Assembly: GCA_913062525.1 (NCBI GenBank) | Contig: CAJXWA010000001.1 | Span: 2,281-66,280, forward strand | DNA: 64,000 nt | From: an uncultured Alphaproteobacteria bacterium | GTDB taxonomy: Bacteria > Pseudomonadota > Alphaproteobacteria > Sneathiellales > Sneathiellaceae | Reading direction: 5' to 3' | In this document: positions 58,970 through 64,000 of the stretch, piece after piece | Numbering within the stretch: position 1 is the first letter of the stretch | How the letters are laid out: every line of letters starts with the position of its first letter | The notes under the pieces: model-generated | Database searches by the model: none | Seen by the model: the letters and a program-made list of their open reading frames with translations, nothing else | Told to the model about the DNA's origin: nothing | Translations under genes and position numbers: made by a program

Positions 58970-59851
58970 ATGGCCCGTAAACTTGATATACTCCTCACCG
59001 CGTTGGCTCCGACTATCTGGGGCAGTTCTTACCTCATCACAACTGAGATGCTGCCAGCGGAATACCCTCTGACAGTTGCAATGTTGCGCGCCCTCCCAGC
59101 AGGCCTCCTCCTTCTTCTGCTTGTTCGCCAGCTACCAAAAGGGATTTGGTGGCTGAAAGTTTTTATTCTCGGCGCGTTGAACTTTTCGCTTTTTTGGTGG
59201 ATGTTGTTCGAAGCAGCTTATCGCTTGCCTGGCGGCGTTGCAGCTACAGTGGGGGCAATTCAACCCCTGTTCGTCATATTCCTTGCTCGGGCTGTATTGG
59301 GAACATCCATCCGTTTTTTTTCAGTCTTGATGGCAGTTACTGGAATGGCGGGTGTTGCCCTTCTAACGCTTTCTCATTCTGTAACGCTTGATCCTATCGG
59401 TATTGCCGTAGGGTTAGCAGGCGCTATCTCCATGGCCTGCGGTACGGTGCTAAGCCGCCACTGGCAACCAAAGGCGTCCCTTCTCACATTCACCGCATGG
59501 CAACTAACAGCGGGCGGCATTCTCTTATTTCCTGCAGCGTTATTCTTCGAGCCGCCCTTACCCGCTCTAAATAGCACCAACGTCATGGGATTTGCCTATC
59601 TTGGGTTATTGGGCGGCGCCATCACTTATATTTTGTGGTTCAGGGGAATTGCGAAATTGGAGCCAGCTGTTGTTTCATCGCTCGGTTTCCTAAGCCCAAC
59701 TGCAGCCGTCATATTGGGATGGATCATATTGGATCAAAATCTAAGCCCTTGGCAAATTCTGTCCATCATCATTGTTCTGATCAGTGTCTGGCTTAGTCAA
59801 AAAAAATTCAAAACCTCCCTCCAAGCACCCATAGCGTTCTCAGCTAAATAA
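58970..59851 (+). CDS. PecM-like EamA/DMT exporter
   Basis: TALAPTIWGSSY, RALPAGL, AYRLPGGVAA, WFRGI. Confidence 0.9.
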   Translation: MARKLDILLTALAPTIWGSSYLITTEMLPAEYPLTVAMLRALPAGLLLLLLVRQLPKGIWWLKVFILGALNFSLFWWMLFEAAYRLPGGVAATVGAIQPLFVIFLARAVLGTSIRFFSVLMAVTGMAGVALLTLSHSVTLDPIGIAVGLAGAISMACGTVLSRHWQPKASLLTFTAWQLTAGGILLFPAALFFEPPLPALNSTNVMGFAYLGLLGGAITYILWFRGIAKLEPAVVSSLGFLSPTAAVILGWIILDQNLSPWQILSIIIVLISVWLSQKKFKTSLQAPIAFSAK

Positions 59852-59875
59852 TTTCTCAAATTTAAGGACAAAAAT

Positions 59876-60517
59876 ATGCATATCATCTTATTCGGAGCCG
59901 CTGGGAATGTTGGTTCCCGCGTCGCAAACGAAGCCATATCTCGCGGACATACCGTCACTGCCATTGTCAGAAAAACAGATCAGCTTATCACACTGCCTGA
60001 AGGTGTTGTGGACCAACTCGGTGATGCCGGAGATTCAGCGCTGGTTGCTAAACTATCTGAAGGCCAAGATCTTATCATTTCGGCCATAAGACCATCGGAG
60101 GGCAGTGAGCATTTACTGCCGCTACTCACTAAATCTTTGCTGGCTGGGGCAGCTCAAAGCAAGAAACGCTTATTGATCGTCGGCGGCGCAGCGAGCTTAG
60201 AAATTCCCGGAGAAAAAGATCAGACTGTATTGACGGCGCCGGGGTTTTTGCCCCCATCCGTTTTGGATATTGCCCGCGCCTGTGCTGAACAGCATAATAT
60301 CTGCCGCGAAAACATTGAAACTAAATGGACCTATATCAGCCCTCCGCCAATGCTAACACCGGGTGTTCGCACAGGGCATTATCGGTTGGGATCAGAGCAA
60401 TTGGTGGTCGATCAAAATGGCCAATCAGCCATTTCTATGGAAGACTTTGCTGTGGCACTGATTGACGAAGCAGAACACCCGAAGCATCACCAAACGAGAT
60501 TTACAGCAGCGTATTAA
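59876..60517 (+). CDS. NAD(P)-dependent oxidoreductase (BVR-B/flavin reductase-like)
   Basis: GAAGNVG, VGGAASL, WTYISP, ISMEDFAVA..DE. Confidence 0.88.
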   Translation: MHIILFGAAGNVGSRVANEAISRGHTVTAIVRKTDQLITLPEGVVDQLGDAGDSALVAKLSEGQDLIISAIRPSEGSEHLLPLLTKSLLAGAAQSKKRLLIVGGAASLEIPGEKDQTVLTAPGFLPPSVLDIARACAEQHNICRENIETKWTYISPPPMLTPGVRTGHYRLGSEQLVVDQNGQSAISMEDFAVALIDEAEHPKHHQTRFTAAY

Positions 60518-60526
60518 TTGAACATA

Positions 60527-60553
60527 AAAAACCGCGGCATTGGCTGCGGTTTT
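60527..60553. terminator. Bidirectional terminator
   Basis: AAAACCGCGGC-ATTG-GCTGCGGTTTT between convergent genes. Confidence 0.75.
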
Positions 60554-60569
60554 ATTTTGCCTTAATGGC

Positions 60570-61340
60570 CTAATATCTATCGTGTATTTCCGCGATTTTC
60601 CCGCTGGCTTGTAGGATCGCAACCGCTTGATCAAACTGTTCCTTTAGTTCGTGATAATTTGGCCACTTCTTACTAAAGCAAACACGATAAGGGCGAGGGG
60701 CAATATCAGTGATCGGCATGAAACTTAACCGGTCCGAAATATTATTCTCTGCAGCAATAAATCGTGCGGATTCTAATGATAAATACAAACCATCAAATCT
60801 CTCATTTTGAAGCATGGGGAAGGCATTTTCAAGCAAAGGGATCTTGAAGAAAGGAATCTTCGCGTCAATCAAATGCCTGTTTGACGCAAATCCAGATATG
60901 GCACCAACATTAAGGTTCAAAAGATCTTTCTTGATTGAGACTTTAAGATCTACGCGATTTTTTTTGACGGTTAAACCCAGCGTGGCATAACTGATCGGTG
61001 TCGAGAACTCAAAAAATTCTTCTCTTTTCACCGTAGATACGCAAGAAAACATTCCAGTCGCTTGGCCACTTTTTGTCATCACGACAACCCGTTTCCAAGG
61101 GCGAAATTTAAATTCTATGGGGATATTCAAATGGGCATAAACGGCTTGAATAACTTCCACATCAAAACCACTTGGTTCCCCATTTGATTGTATGAATTCA
61201 TAAGGCGGGAAGTGATCTGCAAGAAAAACTAGTTTTTCGGCAAAAACAGGGCGTACCAGACCAAGGCTCACACCCAACAAAAGAGCATAAAACATTGGAG
61301 AAAATATCCAGTAACGATTGCGAGACAATAAACTCAACAA
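60570..61340 (-). CDS. Periplasmic substrate-binding protein (family 3-like), orphan
   Basis: FPPYEF, GFDVEVI, PWKR, G....I...Y. Confidence 0.85.
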   Translation of the reverse strand: MLSLLSRNRYWIFSPMFYALLLGVSLGLVRPVFAEKLVFLADHFPPYEFIQSNGEPSGFDVEVIQAVYAHLNIPIEFKFRPWKRVVVMTKSGQATGMFSCVSTVKREEFFEFSTPISYATLGLTVKKNRVDLKVSIKKDLLNLNVGAISGFASNRHLIDAKIPFFKIPLLENAFPMLQNERFDGLYLSLESARFIAAENNISDRLSFMPITDIAPRPYRVCFSKKWPNYHELKEQFDQAVAILQASGKIAEIHDRY

Positions 61341-61569
61341 TACTCTCCTCTCAAATATAAGATAATATTAGTATATCATGATGGTTCGCATTGTGGGATT
61401 CCTAACTTTCATATTTTCACGTCAAAAATACCAAAATTGATTTGCTAACTCTGCCGGGCACGCCTGTGGCCAGCACATCCAGAGCTCCCGAGCATCTCAG
61501 CCCATAAATTGGTGACTTATGGCGTTTATTGGGCCATCATTTAGTCAAAACTCATTGATGGAGCCAACT

Positions 61570-61998
61570 ATGATTGCACACCTAGGCGTTCTTATATTTT
61601 CCCTACTTCTTGTGAATTTTCAAGCCACCACCGCTGCAGTAGCAGAAGAGATTGGGAAGCTTCAAAAAGATGGCATTGTAAATGTCACTGCTGGTGACGC
61701 GCACCGGCTTATTTTACTGAAACCAGAGATGATTATTCTGGATATCAGAACCGCTGCCGAATTTAAACTAGGACACATCAAAGGCGCTAAAAATATAGAT
61801 TTTTACGCTCGTAATTTCAAAGATCTCATCGCTAAACTAGATCCAGAAAAAGTATATCTTGTGCATTGCCGATCAGGTAACCGAAGCACAAAGGCCATGC
61901 CCACCCTGCAATCAGGAGGTCTCCGCCATATTGTTCATATGAACAAGGGGTTTAAAGCGTGGAAAGACCGGGGACTGCAAGTCGTCCAAAATCAGTAA
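61570..61998 (+). CDS. Secreted rhodanese-like domain protein
   Basis: Signal peptide; LDIRT..EF..GHIKGA, HCRSGNRS. Confidence 0.88.
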   Translation: MIAHLGVLIFSLLLVNFQATTAAVAEEIGKLQKDGIVNVTAGDAHRLILLKPEMIILDIRTAAEFKLGHIKGAKNIDFYARNFKDLIAKLDPEKVYLVHCRSGNRSTKAMPTLQSGGLRHIVHMNKGFKAWKDRGLQVVQNQ

Positions 61999-62603
61999 TT
62001 TGTGTATCCTGGCACCAGACCTGAGAGAGTTAAATCTACCAACTTCATGGCATCCGTCCATGGGTAGTCAGCAATTGTATTAAAGCAGAATGCATTTCCA
62101 ATCATTGCAATAATCAAAGCATCTGTAACTACTCTCACATCAGCGTCACCGACCAGTACCCCTGCGACCAAATCATGAAAAACCTTGAAATGTGCCCTTG
62201 TGCCATCAGTGTGGATGAACGAGCCCACATCATCCCGGGCGATGTCGTTTGACATAAACACCATTCGAAAATGATCTGGATGTTCCAGCCAATAATTAAC
62301 AAAGCGACGCGATGCTGATTTAAGGCGCTCTTGCGGGGTGTTTGCCGTTTCCAAATCGCTTTTAATTTCCGCAAACACTTTATCCAGAACCACAGCCCAT
62401 AGATGTTGCAGGATCTCTATTTTCCCAGCGAAATGCGCATAAATTGTCATAGGCGCACACCCAACATCTTTTGCCAGGCGACGAATTGAGACGGCGTCAT
62501 AACCTTCTTCTTGAAACAGCGTCAAAGCGGTTGAGACGATTTTCGCCTGAGTTTCCTGAATTTGCTCTGCGCTGCGAGGCCGTCGCCCAGGTTTTGCCGC
62601 CAT
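61992..62603 (-). CDS. TetR/AcrR family regulator
   Basis: F..EGYDAVSIRRLA..VG.APMTIYAHF.GK. Confidence 0.92.
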   Translation of the reverse strand: MAAKPGRRPRSAEQIQETQAKIVSTALTLFQEEGYDAVSIRRLAKDVGCAPMTIYAHFAGKIEILQHLWAVVLDKVFAEIKSDLETANTPQERLKSASRRFVNYWLEHPDHFRMVFMSNDIARDDVGSFIHTDGTRAHFKVFHDLVAGVLVGDADVRVVTDALIIAMIGNAFCFNTIADYPWTDAMKLVDLTLSGLVPGYTNY

Positions 62604-62632
62604 ATGGATGCCCCTATATTTGATCATTCACG

Positions 62633-62703
62633 TTAATTAGTACATGTATAATTAATTATTGACTCTTCTGCAATATATATTTTATATAACGCGTACTAAT
62701 TAA
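62633..62703. promoter_or_regulatory. Putative TetR operators
   Basis: TTAATTAGTAC (62633-62643) and its reverse complement GTACTAATTAA (62693-62703) in the divergent promoter. Confidence 0.6.
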
Positions 62704-62743
62704 TTGACTGTGATTTCAGTTAGCTGCAAAAGGATTTCTCAAA

Positions 62744-63166
62744 ATGAACAATATCACTCTCTTAAAACTCGTTCTTGTCTTGATTGGCAGCGCTATAGCT
62801 GTTCTGGGTTTGAATATAGGGCTTGGCGGGATCAGAACTCTTGGTTGGCAAATTCCGCAAGATTTCATTGCCGTCACTAACGTCGATATTTTTCAAATAC
62901 AGGACAGCCATATTCGATTTATCGGTGGCGTCTGGTTTGGTATCGGAGTTTTATTTCTGGGGGGTGCAATTATGCTGGACCGGTTGCGTTCAAGCTTGAT
63001 CGCACTTTGCGCAGTTATTGCGGTGGCTGGATTATTTAGATTAAGCGCAACGAACTTAGACGTCATAATGAGTGCCGCAATTGCGCCCTCATTAATCCTC
63101 GAAATCGTCGGCTTCCCCCTGCTTAGCCTTTGGCTGATGCGCAGCGCACCAGCCACTAAGACCTAA
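62744..63166 (+). CDS. DUF4345-like membrane protein
   Basis: DSHIRF.GG, GL.RLS, LE...FP.L..W. Confidence 0.75.
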   Translation: MNNITLLKLVLVLIGSAIAVLGLNIGLGGIRTLGWQIPQDFIAVTNVDIFQIQDSHIRFIGGVWFGIGVLFLGGAIMLDRLRSSLIALCAVIAVAGLFRLSATNLDVIMSAAIAPSLILEIVGFPLLSLWLMRSAPATKT

Positions 63167-63171
63167 GAAGC

Positions 63172-64000
63172 TTAATTTCCTGATTTCTGTTTTTTGGGCC
63201 GTAACCCATCCCACGTATAAATGAGAAGCCCGATCCAAATCAGTGAGAATGCCGCAAACTGTGCTTGGCTGAATTCCTCATTAAAAATAAATATAGCCCA
63301 TATTGCATGCATCGTCGGCGCCACATATTGCAAAATTCCGACGGTGGTTAGGCGCAACCGCTGCGCGCCGAACGAAAACAGAATAAGCGGAACAGCCGTA
63401 ACAATACCAGTGCCTGCCAATAGAAGGATCGTATCGATCTCATAGAACGCATCACCCACGGCGCCGCCCTGCAAAGCTCCCACATAGGTGAGATATATCA
63501 GATACCCAATGGAGAGCGGAAAAAGCAAGCCGGTTTCAATAGTTAAACCAACAACGGATTCCGCCTGAACTTTCTTTCGAAGCAAGCCATAAAAACCAAA
63601 CGAAAAGCCAAGAACAAGTGACACCCACGGCAGGGTTCCCATCATTACCGTCATGATAACAACGGCTAATGTCGCCAAGCCGATTGCGGCTCCCTGCCAA
63701 CGGTTAAGTCGCTCGCCTAAGAAAATCATACCAAGGCCAACGTTGACCAAAGGGTTGATATAATACCCTAAGCTTGCCTCCAGAACGCGATCATTGGTTA
63801 TGGCCCAAACAAACGTTACCCAGTTAAGGGCAATAACCGTTGTCGATGCCGCAAAAATCATCATGACTTTGCGATTTTTAAGGGCTGCAAAAAGGCGCGA
63901 AAATCTGCCGGTAAAAGCGACAATAATCAAGACCAGTACTAATGACCAAATGATGCGGTTCGCCAATATCTCCAAAACAGGAATATGGTTCAGTAGCTTA
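63172..64000 (-). CDS. rarD: RarD family EamA transporter (5' end beyond the window)
   Basis: EILANRIIWS, LEASLGYYINPL, SFGFYGLLRK, GILQYVAPT; frame open to the window edge. Confidence 0.92.
   Translation of the reverse strand, partial: KLLNHIPVLEILANRIIWSLVLVLIIVAFTGRFSRLFAALKNRKVMMIFAASTTVIALNWVTFVWAITNDRVLEASLGYYINPLVNVGLGMIFLGERLNRWQGAAIGLATLAVVIMTVMMGTLPWVSLVLGFSFGFYGLLRKKVQAESVVGLTIETGLLFPLSIGYLIYLTYVGALQGGAVGDAFYEIDTILLLAGTGIVTAVPLILFSFGAQRLRLTTVGILQYVAPTMHAIWAIFIFNEEFSQAQFAAFSLIWIGLLIYTWDGLRPKKQKSGN

Noticed and set aside
61485-61503. TPP riboswitch (GCTGAGA on the minus strand)
   Set aside because: The remaining TPP core (CCTGA...GTAAT...GCG.AGGGA) is absent and no thiamine genes are adjacent.

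Overview
This is a gene-dense chromosomal segment of an alphaproteobacterium. The taxon is inferred from cpdR, phaR/phaAB, class II nrdJ, hrcA-grpE and the hisC-tyrC and metX-metW synteny; a marine Sneathiella/Rhodospirillales-like organism is only a guess. Most of it is housekeeping: ubiquinone (coq7), tRNA-Leu(CAA), ftsEX-plsC, nrdJ, His/Tyr/Met/Lys/Arg biosynthesis, glyoxalases, a PHA locus, msrA, gshB, hemW-rdgB-rph and hrcA-grpE. A regulator/exporter-rich block (PecS/PecM-like, TetR) lies at 58.4-63.2 kb. I found no CRISPR array, prophage, intact IS or defence island. The best leads are: (1) an orphan serine-recombinase gene that keeps the catalytic Ser and the HTH but has lost the D-R-x-x-R catalytic motif, and sits divergently from an NCS1 transporter; (2) four abutting perfect hairpins filling the NCS1 3' region; (3) a class III-like PhaC coupled to a 71-aa ORF instead of a full PhaE; (4) a Cys-less thiolase/DUF35 pair; (5) two small genes missed by the ORF track, a DUF1127 remnant and an LptM-like lipoprotein.
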